Shown here in pieces: positions 22,801-30,744 of a stretch of 64,000 nt of DNA. The notes beneath the pieces are model-generated. The model searched no databases. It was not told the DNA's origin and was given only the letters and a program-made list of their open reading frames with translations. The DNA comes from a candidate division FCPU426 bacterium (GTDB lineage: Bacteria > Oederibacteriota > JAAXVQ01 > JAUVAV01): contig DAOWGI010000031.1 in assembly GCA_030637655.1 (NCBI GenBank), positions 3,706 through 67,705 on the forward strand. Direction: 5' to 3'. Numbering within the stretch: the first letter of the stretch is position 1; each line of letters starts with the position of its first letter. The position numbers and the translations under genes were made by a program.

Positions 22801-23746
22801 GGGAAGCTTATCTCTGCTCAGTGGCGGAGCAGTCACCGTTGCTCTGGCCGGTGGTTCCGCGGCTATGTTCATTGGGGGCGGAGTGGCTGCTGCCCTAGGA
22901 TTGATGGTATTAATTGGGACCGCTTTTATGGTTTATCGCCAAACCAAAATTCCGGCAGTGGCAGATTCTGGTGAAGGTGCTCCGGCGGGTGCGTTGGCAA
23001 AAACAGGACTCCTTACTAAACTAATATCGAACATCAAAGACCGCCAAGTCTTGGGTGAAGCAGCGCAACCCGGAGCCAAAAAAGTCAACCCCTTCCTGCT
23101 CAATTTACGCGAGAGCCGGATTGGCCGGGCGTTGCTGTCTCGCCGCGGCATGCCAACTGGACTTCGCTTGATGATGCTCTTACCCAGCCCGGCCATACGC
23201 GGCTTGCTGCGGGTAGTGGTGGCCGGCGCTATGGCTGCGGCCTGGATAGGTATGGTCGTGTTAGTCGGAAACGCTAATAGTGAACTGGCAATACTTGTAA
23301 TTGTGTCCGGCATTGCGGCCCTGGCGCCGGCTAAGTATCTCAGTTACCAGCTACGTACAACAGTTTATTCACAAGTGGGTGGACAGCTTGTCAATAGCCC
23401 ATGGATGAAAAACAAATTAGCGAATATGGAACAGAATTGGAATGAAGCCAAGGTAATCAGCATGCTGCAAGGTCTGCTCACTATACTGGAAGCTGTGAAG
23501 GACAATGCTCAGGCTCGCGAAGGTGTGCTGGAAGTTATGGCGCAAGTGCCATATAAAGAACGGAAGACCGTGCTATTAACAACCAAAGATGGACAGAAGA
23601 TGACCACCCGATCATTGCCAACAGTAATATTTGAACCATATTTGGCATGGAGAATGCTGCGAATATTCCCATCAATAATTATTGATGGGAAGGAATTTAA
23701 GATGCCGCAACTACGTCAGCCCAGAGCTATGGACAGTTCTGCATAA
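13826..23746 (+). CDS. Giant modular membrane protein (3306 aa): TIKI/TraB-like N-domain, GGDEF domain(s), multiple TM hairpins, family C-terminal domain
   Basis: gggaga RBS; long signal peptide ending VSFA; QDLH...VEG...ERSH...GGFH; GGDEF fold DVDSLKLYNNFYG...RPSGDEG...GKNKV at ~19290-20017; ends RAMDSSA. Confidence 0.85.
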   Translation: MLPNIKFPKLDIAAALSLSAWQKSHRQLWTKVLVIMISITFLLPYVSFAFQPGTYPTDLVGAFGYTPLKANGAAIHIKPEWGRVTSSFHGTSNKTIVYIQDLHCNYEVQSNISFMLERLLKKNGLRLVGVEGESTPINVSQLSSIPILEVKKSVGQYFLQRGRITGPEYQSIMSKQPLILQGIESESLYLDNKDTLLKFLNEESQGYCEDLRYALERLKSPLYNIELAKLDHKQEDYDLENITLENYCDFLLLEAKKAGVEIKPYKVMRLYAIDHKLPITAAVDYEKLLAEAQALDRAIRGKYYTSPEQRRLDHYIYVLKIMENLVNISATQKDLTYFRRHREEFKITNLLHFLEDISYRFALHPDMDPGILKMDEYLNLAAKFYLVADERSHAFVENLTRAMKKHQQNTSVLITGGFHAAHVEKALRSQNISFITVKPRITRTDVENPYFSLLRNQKTPLERLLAQNENIFAVRSFFSRLLNFKLNRRYMETMCEIVTGYQLAVKQGLRGDDLQTAFINARKKNPADNPNLNIQLVEESSNPKNKVFVFRFVNDEENTHVVIRPNQTTNYQTMVESEVLYGNNYQFEFVSAEYFKDNRAAILGTPAPKRAGVKALTDMVLQISGITNPITRAIGGLALALGVGKHQPTLTVGLGRLSLIAWLINAGKLLSALGSGFSNITQSMATGWRQWHVNFAERNSLLMAWIAGISFTLLAHSVIMGATPLVPIAFMAAFTWSIGSLMHNNWFQPLASLVLLPRDDLIARAVQWGREAYGFGENDIVSTPREIILERIMTLAQGNPVLAEFIDNRADRLALAGMAYNEGQKTWTAGTAIGNVEALAQDFMEAETLAEQLAAGTKIANLKSTGNSPLAELIRNLQAKPNLETEEIILGMQHALNPERLMPECISPAQREAIKTVLADFKNVKVKLVQVGLINDVDFTPGVKQYAAMDEKLKELLGEFGKQMETYAIEYVSGDIERRRTAVAKAEVLAKLKPYSLQVKYLSDIITNAKAVINKAADLGDFLKGSEAARIATQSVRAMIANATPLVEAYANIEQALAAQDFSVEKAQALLEAIDREFADIEAVMAISDQTWKLRNQITAYNAQVKVEQPAAVKAASRQKAEKTTEDILNRAAPMNKATDENVLKILAANLKILGFKILNNGQAVLSAKAMRQKVRKIKGRIARERKILDKSFRILSRKKDLTKNEDEELGRLRRVLSQHDDALMELREISLAFKESGNLTFDIRVSEEMESDQQVILSAVGNVICFNAKNIPRFSAKKSRAQLMRRIARASGHIEGLELTQLGKDRLNIISKLLAGYKLKGTDMAFVAESKRAFMGTQTAEGRPALGVFWTAQQRDVMKEWLSSQRWQDYLNIFAMFDKAIPTDELQSMVPGNEADKTHQLGVAALEQITEALVQSEARMFSGADVLEVLRHMVESRLSVQNAVKLFQQEQVDYTGEKLLVEYENYEETQGPITSVKAVHSFIKTVFEGEAIAITPALRMFVDRLIANEQEALGDDNYAMELYLNFEEQAGQKLAGLPTAWQVQITEKLRSALDNALSRNAELIDLLIAKKLESLFKTQEAVAYALRNSPQFLRGNFPDKIFKGKQNLIISKMRQIDRFWFLNQTAKLNDEGSYSNRAPPLIERFMRDLQAALTKSSSQRIYFAFFFSLALVLITQAIILGFPVTAMILGPNIVPIAIILVSSLILSIRSKLPSSWLKIGTTVISLFAIVFSGYMILSGNLSAAPLSSMAPQPEEIASSLSSNFKPWAPGALVFLAGISRPIGHGLASIKKWAAGSKEPRMLDAVEGEAKLIEMLKETGNAWIVSSDVDSLKLYNNFYGKKITNVILDEIIETRVNALHSPQVKEIIKKYGITSDELYASRPSGDEGMDILPEKLSSEDVTAIMNIVRQAIPQALHLKYMAYDIKGKQTPDQEKKLRKAANAYNAKAKDEQKVRVFRDSDSDLRLLVKVEGKTDLGNKIIEELNLADEKGALHAVPITLSQNITKLDYPDNGYMLTPTCTFGASQAGRVLDKEEDFKKWALAAFKLADRLLLRGKDEGKNKVVVDDLEEKFEKLSRPPPKEGFMDKDQIAGITEAREAHLKNLDKKDAAGNKLYDQLVPYHFSIDGLKQKIKERLQELKGRDDFEPEIHFARASSDRGPDKILVFVLTPQGSASFKLEGSTGVELEGSYAFEGEENQGFAAVNERYDHAGGNVVISLPHYIIHQMTQANRHNWLNPNDLQGSFEIFVKQLEQEMNLPDNQVEINLSGACCGVSTNDLFAHLEDEAEIDATIGEMFRSLEETMLAKSEEDLGKITAHDHEEHQPLALARRARLGKQATIKLFKNKQAQLRMVKEVREARAELAKAKADKAPVFLSAASLLGLASPFLSGLDISPIITAVLAFGGIIGSLFLLENSFKTFSTIFRQLKTAFTPAAWRQYLAWARANPMIILAIGAGLYALFNPEASGETGYLAAMGIIGPSLELVDKDIRVKDTNSEEFEKFVQENTESRELRKLKIWVSDQTGSAGYNVFSPAQPLTETRISEKVSKLTDESLETMAKKGLMAIRTELEVKLGFYSEADLNEAFKYCVRKNNTMKVADAVATIKKKRLEYAAQNSEQVDFYLKVKFFLNNVKNENIKNIKPEVVKNFLDFIREQGYSVEHMQHTPEKFIEKFITAKNPSNELGESEEIKTQINQIIAALPEKRESEEYSIDGPAIAEAINGFKAFYLDTFSSLGQNNPEAIGFVYSRLEAWKFRVNENEREKVDGVAVNVNDVKYGRLSSDIKKTVGMLKAFIAKQQVIRLEKQAVDVVLTTSEDQKCWTKFGNDDYAALEKLVTAREQARAAADFEKIKQTFLKRIAEVSYFGTMADLRNLNYFYQLILAAITDQEYKELLENGKIEKDSQENQRKVLLGLEENGHPEIAAQLVLYYEVINEVLEGIDEIDVDWDQVRQNIERVCLEKSIANGVMAPKVAGSNILGKPEAGNIPGVSLFTLGSLSLLSGGAVTVALAGGSAAMFIGGGVAAALGLMVLIGTAFMVYRQTKIPAVADSGEGAPAGALAKTGLLTKLISNIKDRQVLGEAAQPGAKKVNPFLLNLRESRIGRALLSRRGMPTGLRLMMLLPSPAIRGLLRVVVAGAMAAAWIGMVVLVGNANSELAILVIVSGIAALAPAKYLSYQLRTTVYSQVGGQLVNSPWMKNKLANMEQNWNEAKVISMLQGLLTILEAVKDNAQAREGVLEVMAQVPYKERKTVLLTTKDGQKMTTRSLPTVIFEPYLAWRMLRIFPSIIIDGKEFKMPQLRQPRAMDSSA

Positions 23747-23828
23747 AAGTGTAGGAGCTTATTGAAAAACGCTTATTATATAATGATTTTATGTAGGAAT
23801 TGCAAAAAAATATAAAAACAGTCGCAAT

Positions 23829-23877
23829 TTGAAATACGAGTTAAAATGTGCTATATATTATATGTATAATATAGCAC
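23829..23877 (+). promoter_or_regulatory. Putative sigma70 promoter overlapped by an inverted repeat
   Basis: ttgaaa-17 bp-tatata with extended TG; IR gtgctatat (23848-23856) / atatagcac (23869-23877). Confidence 0.45.
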
Positions 23878-23917
23878 GTTTAAAAACAAAACAATTATAG
23901 AACGGTTTATTAATTAA

Positions 23918-26900
23918 TTGGAGGATATGATTATGTTGCCTTTTCTTTCATTCAAAAAAGTCTCAAGCTTTAACTTGAGTCTATCTCAGTGGTATTTGCC
24001 ACGCAGGCAGAAGCTCAAACGCGCGGTGGCTCTGCTTATTGCGCTCTGTTTTGTGCTGCCTACAGTGAGCTGGGCGTTTACTGTGGATAGTTATTTTTAT
24101 CCGGATATGCAAAACATCCGGCTGGGTGATAAAGGCAGCAAACAATTGGCTTTGGATTATTCTATTCCCGCGCATCTGGGTAAAGTGGTGGAAGCCGGTT
24201 TTGCGCCCGGGGATTTGACCTTTATTCTGATTCAGGACTTGCACTGTAATTACGAGATTCAATCCAATATTCAAGCCATGCTTAACCGCCTGATTAGAAG
24301 ACATCCTGAGATAAAATTGGTGGCTGTCGAAGGCGCCAGTGGGATTATTCCCACCATGGAATTGGCCTATATTCCGGATTCGCCGGCCAAGCGCGCGGTG
24401 GCGGATTATTTTATGCGGGAGGGCAAACTAACCGGCGCGGATTGCCTGGTGATCTGCGACCGGCCCGCGATTGAGCTGTTTGGCGCTGAGGACGGGCAAC
24501 TGTATGACCGCAGCCTGGAATTGATCCAGGAATTTACTACTGCGGAAAACCAGGGGCTGATTCTGGAATTGATGGATCAACTGGATATGCTCCAGGACAA
24601 AATTTATAATCCTCAGTTATTGGCTTGGGAACAAAGACGACGGGCCTATTTGCAGGGAAACATAGGCACTGAGGAATATCACTACAGCCTGATCCAAAAT
24701 GCCCGCAGTCTGAGAATTCCGGAGATTCCTCCGGTTTTGCGTAAATCCGGCCGCAGGCACAATCTGGATTATCAAGAGCGCGAAATCCAGGCTCAATATC
24801 TTGAAACCGAGATCCGCGCCCGCCTGGCAAAGAGTGTTGCAGAGAGGCGGCTCATTGAGTACCAGGATTTTGTGGAGATTTTAGAGCGGATTTTAAATGT
24901 CTCAGCCGCGCGTGAAGATATTCTCAAGTATCAAACCCAATCCCGAAAAATTTCCCTGAAACTTATCTTAAAAGAATTAAAAGCTTCATTGGGAGATATT
25001 TATTTCACCACCGTGGAAGATATGGACATGCTGGAGACGGCTGTAGGTAAATCTTTGAAATTTTATCAATTAGCTGAAGAGCGCAACCACGCGCTTTTGG
25101 GAAATGCGGCCCAGCGGGCGCGCAGCCGTAAGGAACAACACGTGGTTTTGGTTACCGGCGGATTTCATACCCCGGCGATTATTGATCTGATTAAGGCCCA
25201 GGGCCAGTCCTATGTCAGCCTGCGCCCGGCTATGACCAAAGTCGATACTTCCAGCAATTATTTTGAATTACTGCGCAATCCCGAGCAGCCCACAGACCTG
25301 GAAAGACTGCTGGCTGCCGGCCAGGCTACCCCAACTTCTGCCATGGCGGTAATAAATTTAGTGAATACAGTTTTATTTAAGCCTGCCGTGAAATTTATAA
25401 GGGAAAAGCCGGCAAAAATGTACCGCAGCGCTATACATCGGATGCAGAGCGGCCCATTCACGCTGAAACGAACAGAAAAAAAATTCATCGAGGCTTCTAC
25501 TTCGGGCGGGGATAAAATAGGATTTTCGTTTGAAAGAATATGGCGCATTGTAGGGCTGGAGGAGTTTGGCCAGATTCCCCAAACGAGTCTCTTGGCTTCA
25601 GAGAGGATGCGTGTTGGCGCGTTAGCTTTGCTGGGCTTAAGCCTGATAGTGGTGATTCCGGCGGTTTTAGGCGTTTTAGGCGTCACGGCAACCGGTGTAG
25701 TGACAGTCGGACTGGCCGGATTCGGGCTAAGTGTAGCGGCAGGGATGCTTTGGAGTGAAGCAAAGTATATGAAAGCCATATCCGAATTTTTTAGACAAAA
25801 TCCCAACGCATTAAAAGGGGTTGCAGTAACAACATGTATACTGTTGGCGCTCCTTCCTTTATATATGGTTGCAGGTGCCGCGGCAGCAGAAACAAGCGTA
25901 GAATTTGCGGGCGCGATTCAGGGCGTCCCGGCGGCGACATTCACGCCGACATTAGCTGGGGTTCATGGAGCAATCGGCGTGGCACTAAATTACACGCCGG
26001 GTATAGAGGGCTTAAGTATACAGCCACACTCAGGCCAGTTAGGAATTAATTTAAAAAAAATGATTAATTTGTTAGGAACAATTTTTCCGGTTTTTATATT
26101 TGGTGCAGTAATAGATAGTATACGCGCTTTACTTGTTACGGATCCAAAAATTATTGAAAACACTCAGGATAAAAGTTTCCTAGAGGTACAAGGTATGGAG
26201 CGGAAAAAGATTCCCCTTGGCAAAATAGAACAGGAGATAGAGTACGCTGAGAAGTTTATGTACGGCAACAAAGTCGATTCATGGCAAGATTTGCCGTCTA
26301 GAGGATATGATGTTGTAATAGAAGAAAAACATGTAATAACAATGAGAAAAATATTGAATTTATTGGGTATGGCAGAATTTCAAAAAAAGATAGGAACGCG
26401 ACTATTTTTTAAAAATAATCATTTTCAAGGAATTTTATCTGCAGGAATCGATGAATTAATAAAGGGAGACACAATAGAATTGGCACCTAGTTTGACAATA
26501 GTCAGACCTAAACCAGGAATGTTTGATCCAATATCAGAAGTTGACAACTATAATCCTGCAGGGTATCGGGCAAAGATCGGTGAAGAAAGATGGAAAGAGT
26601 ATTTGGAAATATGGGACAAAAAGGTAGTTCAGCCTGCCATAGCAAGAGGTGAAGCTGATCTGTTCATCACAAAGAAACAATTAGAGGATTTGTCTAGAAT
26701 AGAATCTACTCAAATAGCCCAAATGGGAAATGATGAAAAAGCACATTTGGGAACAATAATAGAGCAGTATCATGCTATGTTGCATGAAATATTTCATTTT
26801 ATGGCTCATGAACTTGTTTTTCTCCGGGAAGATGTAGATGGCGTAAAACGTCCATGGTGGAAAATATTTGCCAGGCATTTCGCGCAGGACCCCGGAATAC

Positions 26901-29900
26901 ACGAGTATAAAAGTAATACTAGGGTGCTTGAGGAAGAACCTTGGGAATTGATGGGTATAGAGAGTTTTCTTGAGACTTTTTGCAATAAAGGGTCGGATGT
27001 GCTATTAAAATTAGCTTTTCCTTATAACGATGAGCTAAAGCTAGGGCTTGACGAAGGCGTAAAAAAAGTAATTGAATTATTTGACGGGCAAGTGAGCCCA
27101 GAGCTGGAAGCTGAATATATCGCATTCATGGAGCATATAAAGGCAAGAAGTGACCTGGTTCTAAAGTATAAAAAAAAATCGAATATAACAAACGGACCAA
27201 TATATAAAGCAAGTACACATACAATAACATCTGGGTTTCCAGAAGAAACAGAAGAGCTGAGACTTAATGTTAATATTTCCTGGATGAAAGCCATTACTCG
27301 GGCATTATTTATCGGAATTATTGTAACATTCGCGGCTCACTCTATTTTGTTTGGCTTTATAGGCGGTATAGTGTATGGGCTTTGGCAGATCGCGAAAGTT
27401 GGTTTTTTTGCAATATATGAAGGGAAAAAAGAAAAAATTGATACAGCTCTTAAGGATTGGCAGGATAAAAAGGAAAAAGGCCCAAATAAATGGCTAAAAG
27501 AGCATTCATGGATTGGTCAACTTTGTGAAACGCATAACTTTGAGCTGGATAAATTAAGAATCATGGATGAAAAAGGAAGCGTTTTTCGGCAATTTTTAAG
27601 CAAGGGATTTAGCCCGGCAAATTTTGTCGAAAGGACAGATAAGAACACAGGGAAAAAAATCCGCACGATCAACTTACATCCTGTTTTTTTAATTTTACCT
27701 CGCATATTTGCCGAGAGCCTATTAATCCATGAATTGAAACATTTAGAAGACATTCAAGCTTCTCCAACCAGGCCTCCTGAATGGCAACTGGAACTTAGGG
27801 CGGAACACGCAGCTTTAATGGCGATAATATTGTATCCTAAGAAAATCCGGCAGGAAAAAAATTCCATCCCTAATTATTCTGCTGATATTACTTCAGATAT
27901 TGTCAAAAAGGTCGCGCCACGAAGTGTAAAAACATCTACCCCGATCTATGAGGAAGGCATGTTTCATGCTAGAAGTAAAATGCCAATAGATGAGGTGGCG
28001 GGTGTGCCGGATTCGACACCTAAAGAATTGAATTTAGTCTCAGCAAAAGCATATAGTGGTAGTGTTAAAGGCAAACCAATAAAAAGTCCTGGGATTATGG
28101 CTGTAGAATTGACAATCGATGATGATAGTTATAGGCGGACGAAGACGGTAATGCCGGAAGTAGAGGCTATATCCCCGGGAAATAAGAAAACAGTAGGTAA
28201 GGAATTCAAAAAGTATGTAAACGCAAAAGGATATTCAAGAGTCTCAACCCCAGACGATATGGCTCAGGTTAGCGTAGGTGTTGAGCAGCAATCAGATTTG
28301 CAAGAAATCCCGGCCGCCACCGAACAAACTTCCGACGCGCGGCCTGCTGCCTATCAAGCGAGCAGCACAGATACCCAAACAACCCAGCCCTACTCCGCCG
28401 GCCAAAGAAACGTCACCCCTGTCCCGCCGCCGGTGGGAGCTATGAATTATCTATGGAATACTTTTAGTCGATTAATAAACGCCACCGGACCGCCGCAAGT
28501 GCAAACCTGGCCAACTGCCGGCCGTATTGCCCGGGATGCTTTGTATTTATGGCAAGCTGCAAAAGCCGGTCTTAGTCCGGGAGAGGTCTTTACTGTTTAT
28601 ATGGATAATGAAGACTTACTAAAAATTACAATTTATATTATAAATAAAATGGCAGACGCAGATGACGCTTCTTATAAAGCGCTGCAAACCGCGATCCAAA
28701 ACGGAACCGTCCAATTCAGCATGCTTCCTTCAGACAAGTTCGGCCGGCCCAGCGCATCTGGAATAAAAGCTACGCCGGGCACGGTTATTTTAACTGATCA
28801 GTCGACCCGCAAAGACTACTGTGTAGTCCGCGCTGATAAGACTGCCAGTGTTATAACCTCGTCACTTATGCTCAGATTAGATATTTTACATCAATTGTTT
28901 CCAGATGCAGTTGTAGCTGAACTGCTGAAGCAGAACAAAATGCTGATTAAGAGTTTAGGACAATTACGAAACCTAAATGAACTCGAGCGTCGGCTAAGCC
29001 AAGGATATGTTTTCCTGACATCTGAATGGCTGGACCAGCACCTGACGCAAGTGCAGCAAAATCAGGCGCAATTATTTGCTCCTGGAAAGTGCAGAGTTTT
29101 TAATGGTGAACAAGACATAGCCACGCGGTCTGATCTTCAACGGAGGATAAAGGCGGAAATGGATAAATATTTAGCCAGGATGGATAAGGAGAAAAAAACC
29201 GAACTGCATATTACTCTAGAGGAGATTCAGGCCGCGGTGGAGGCTGCTTCGCTGGCAACAGAAGGTCCTGTATTGCTAATCAGCGCTGATGCGGAGGTGT
29301 TTGAGGCAAGCGCGAGGGTAGTTGAGAAACAAAAAAGTCCGGGAACTTTCCTGAACATGCAGGAATGGTTGGAAAGCACAACAGGTGAAGAAAAACTCAG
29401 AGTTATTATCAATGAACTAATGATGGCGCGGCTGGAAAGCGGACAATTTGGCATTGGTGCAGAAGAGCTGAAAAGGCTTGCCGAAGAAGAAGTAAGCCCA
29501 ACAAGTTGGTTTGAAGAGCAAGCCGAAAAAGCAAATGTTAATGCTAAAGTGCTATTGCTCAGCAAGCATGGCGTGAAGCTTCCGCCCGGCTTCAGAGAGC
29601 GGGGGACACCTATGTTACTCCGTGGTCAATACATGGGCCCGGTCGTAGAAGGGCGTAAATTGGAGTTCGAAGCAGTCGGCAGGCAGCCGGTGCCGGAATT
29701 TACAACTCCACTCATGAAGACGAAAGGCGGAGAAAAGGTTCTTTCTCTGATCTTTCTCCTGATTACCGCTGGTTTTAACACTGTGACCACAGGATTTGCA
29801 ACAGCTACTAAGTCACGGATTGAAAATCTCCGCCGGGTGGCTGCAGCAAAAGCTCGGACGCCAATTCCTTTTGTCACTATCTCAATGCATTATATTATTG

Positions 29901-30700
29901 GTATTACGACCGGTTTTAAAATCGTATTAAGCCCGAAGTTTTTTAAGGCCTTAAGGATGATATGGGAGATTTCGTCTGGCCGCGGTATAAATATTTCAGA
30001 ATTATGGGTTGGCGGGCATCTGGAAAAATCTTTGGCAGCGCTTGCGGAACATAAAGATTTGGTAAACAAAGGGGAAACTAAAAATCTTCCCTCAAGCTTG
30101 CAGATGCTGGTAAGCTTTAAGCAGGAATTTTTACAGAAGAGATTCGGGTTTTTAATGAAGTTGCTGAACATCTCGTCATTGGATCGCTATAACCAGGAAC
30201 TGCTGATAATTCTGCACGCTTTAGAAGAAACTGTGCAGTACATTATGGCGGAGATTGATCCGGCCATGGTCATTCAGGTGGAACTCGAGAAATTAGCGCG
30301 ATCAAAGCCGGAAGATGCTCTCAGACTGGAAACCAAGCTCGCTTTGGTTTTAAAGCAACTGGCGCGCAAGCCTTCCAAAAAGTATCTGCACCGCCTGCTT
30401 AGAACTCTGTTAACACAAGCAGGGAACGCGGCGGACGCGACCCCGGCGGAATATAGATACTGTGAAAACGTTTTTCGGCTTATGGGAAAAGTCACTCCTG
30501 ACAAGCAGAGATTATGCCGCATCAGGCTATCGCATGCTGAGCCGGCTCTGGAAGTAAATCTGCCTGAAATGATTTTTAAAGACAAATTTTTATTTAACCA
30601 GTTGCATGGCATGTTTCCATACGCTGTTTACAATGAAAACAATAAGCTAATAGAACCTCTCTCTGAGCCGCAGTTATTGCGTTTCACAGGCGCTGCTTAA
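23918..30700 (+). CDS. Giant modular membrane protein (2260 aa): TIKI/TraB-like N-domain, two HExxH motifs, family C-terminal domain
   Basis: N-terminus paralogous to the 13826 gene (IQDLHCNYEIQSNI, VAVEG, ERNH, GGFH); HEIFH (~26783) and HELKH (~27728); ends LLRFTGAA. True start is probably ATG 23927 or 23933, after ggagga. Confidence 0.85.
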   Translation: MEDMIMLPFLSFKKVSSFNLSLSQWYLPRRQKLKRAVALLIALCFVLPTVSWAFTVDSYFYPDMQNIRLGDKGSKQLALDYSIPAHLGKVVEAGFAPGDLTFILIQDLHCNYEIQSNIQAMLNRLIRRHPEIKLVAVEGASGIIPTMELAYIPDSPAKRAVADYFMREGKLTGADCLVICDRPAIELFGAEDGQLYDRSLELIQEFTTAENQGLILELMDQLDMLQDKIYNPQLLAWEQRRRAYLQGNIGTEEYHYSLIQNARSLRIPEIPPVLRKSGRRHNLDYQEREIQAQYLETEIRARLAKSVAERRLIEYQDFVEILERILNVSAAREDILKYQTQSRKISLKLILKELKASLGDIYFTTVEDMDMLETAVGKSLKFYQLAEERNHALLGNAAQRARSRKEQHVVLVTGGFHTPAIIDLIKAQGQSYVSLRPAMTKVDTSSNYFELLRNPEQPTDLERLLAAGQATPTSAMAVINLVNTVLFKPAVKFIREKPAKMYRSAIHRMQSGPFTLKRTEKKFIEASTSGGDKIGFSFERIWRIVGLEEFGQIPQTSLLASERMRVGALALLGLSLIVVIPAVLGVLGVTATGVVTVGLAGFGLSVAAGMLWSEAKYMKAISEFFRQNPNALKGVAVTTCILLALLPLYMVAGAAAAETSVEFAGAIQGVPAATFTPTLAGVHGAIGVALNYTPGIEGLSIQPHSGQLGINLKKMINLLGTIFPVFIFGAVIDSIRALLVTDPKIIENTQDKSFLEVQGMERKKIPLGKIEQEIEYAEKFMYGNKVDSWQDLPSRGYDVVIEEKHVITMRKILNLLGMAEFQKKIGTRLFFKNNHFQGILSAGIDELIKGDTIELAPSLTIVRPKPGMFDPISEVDNYNPAGYRAKIGEERWKEYLEIWDKKVVQPAIARGEADLFITKKQLEDLSRIESTQIAQMGNDEKAHLGTIIEQYHAMLHEIFHFMAHELVFLREDVDGVKRPWWKIFARHFAQDPGIHEYKSNTRVLEEEPWELMGIESFLETFCNKGSDVLLKLAFPYNDELKLGLDEGVKKVIELFDGQVSPELEAEYIAFMEHIKARSDLVLKYKKKSNITNGPIYKASTHTITSGFPEETEELRLNVNISWMKAITRALFIGIIVTFAAHSILFGFIGGIVYGLWQIAKVGFFAIYEGKKEKIDTALKDWQDKKEKGPNKWLKEHSWIGQLCETHNFELDKLRIMDEKGSVFRQFLSKGFSPANFVERTDKNTGKKIRTINLHPVFLILPRIFAESLLIHELKHLEDIQASPTRPPEWQLELRAEHAALMAIILYPKKIRQEKNSIPNYSADITSDIVKKVAPRSVKTSTPIYEEGMFHARSKMPIDEVAGVPDSTPKELNLVSAKAYSGSVKGKPIKSPGIMAVELTIDDDSYRRTKTVMPEVEAISPGNKKTVGKEFKKYVNAKGYSRVSTPDDMAQVSVGVEQQSDLQEIPAATEQTSDARPAAYQASSTDTQTTQPYSAGQRNVTPVPPPVGAMNYLWNTFSRLINATGPPQVQTWPTAGRIARDALYLWQAAKAGLSPGEVFTVYMDNEDLLKITIYIINKMADADDASYKALQTAIQNGTVQFSMLPSDKFGRPSASGIKATPGTVILTDQSTRKDYCVVRADKTASVITSSLMLRLDILHQLFPDAVVAELLKQNKMLIKSLGQLRNLNELERRLSQGYVFLTSEWLDQHLTQVQQNQAQLFAPGKCRVFNGEQDIATRSDLQRRIKAEMDKYLARMDKEKKTELHITLEEIQAAVEAASLATEGPVLLISADAEVFEASARVVEKQKSPGTFLNMQEWLESTTGEEKLRVIINELMMARLESGQFGIGAEELKRLAEEEVSPTSWFEEQAEKANVNAKVLLLSKHGVKLPPGFRERGTPMLLRGQYMGPVVEGRKLEFEAVGRQPVPEFTTPLMKTKGGEKVLSLIFLLITAGFNTVTTGFATATKSRIENLRRVAAAKARTPIPFVTISMHYIIGITTGFKIVLSPKFFKALRMIWEISSGRGINISELWVGGHLEKSLAALAEHKDLVNKGETKNLPSSLQMLVSFKQEFLQKRFGFLMKLLNISSLDRYNQELLIILHALEETVQYIMAEIDPAMVIQVELEKLARSKPEDALRLETKLALVLKQLARKPSKKYLHRLLRTLLTQAGNAADATPAEYRYCENVFRLMGKVTPDKQRLCRIRLSHAEPALEVNLPEMIFKDKFLFNQLHGMFPYAVYNENNKLIEPLSEPQLLRFTGAA

Positions 30701-30744
30701 TATCAGCGCGCACAGCAGCGGATACAGATGGACCTTTGATATTT

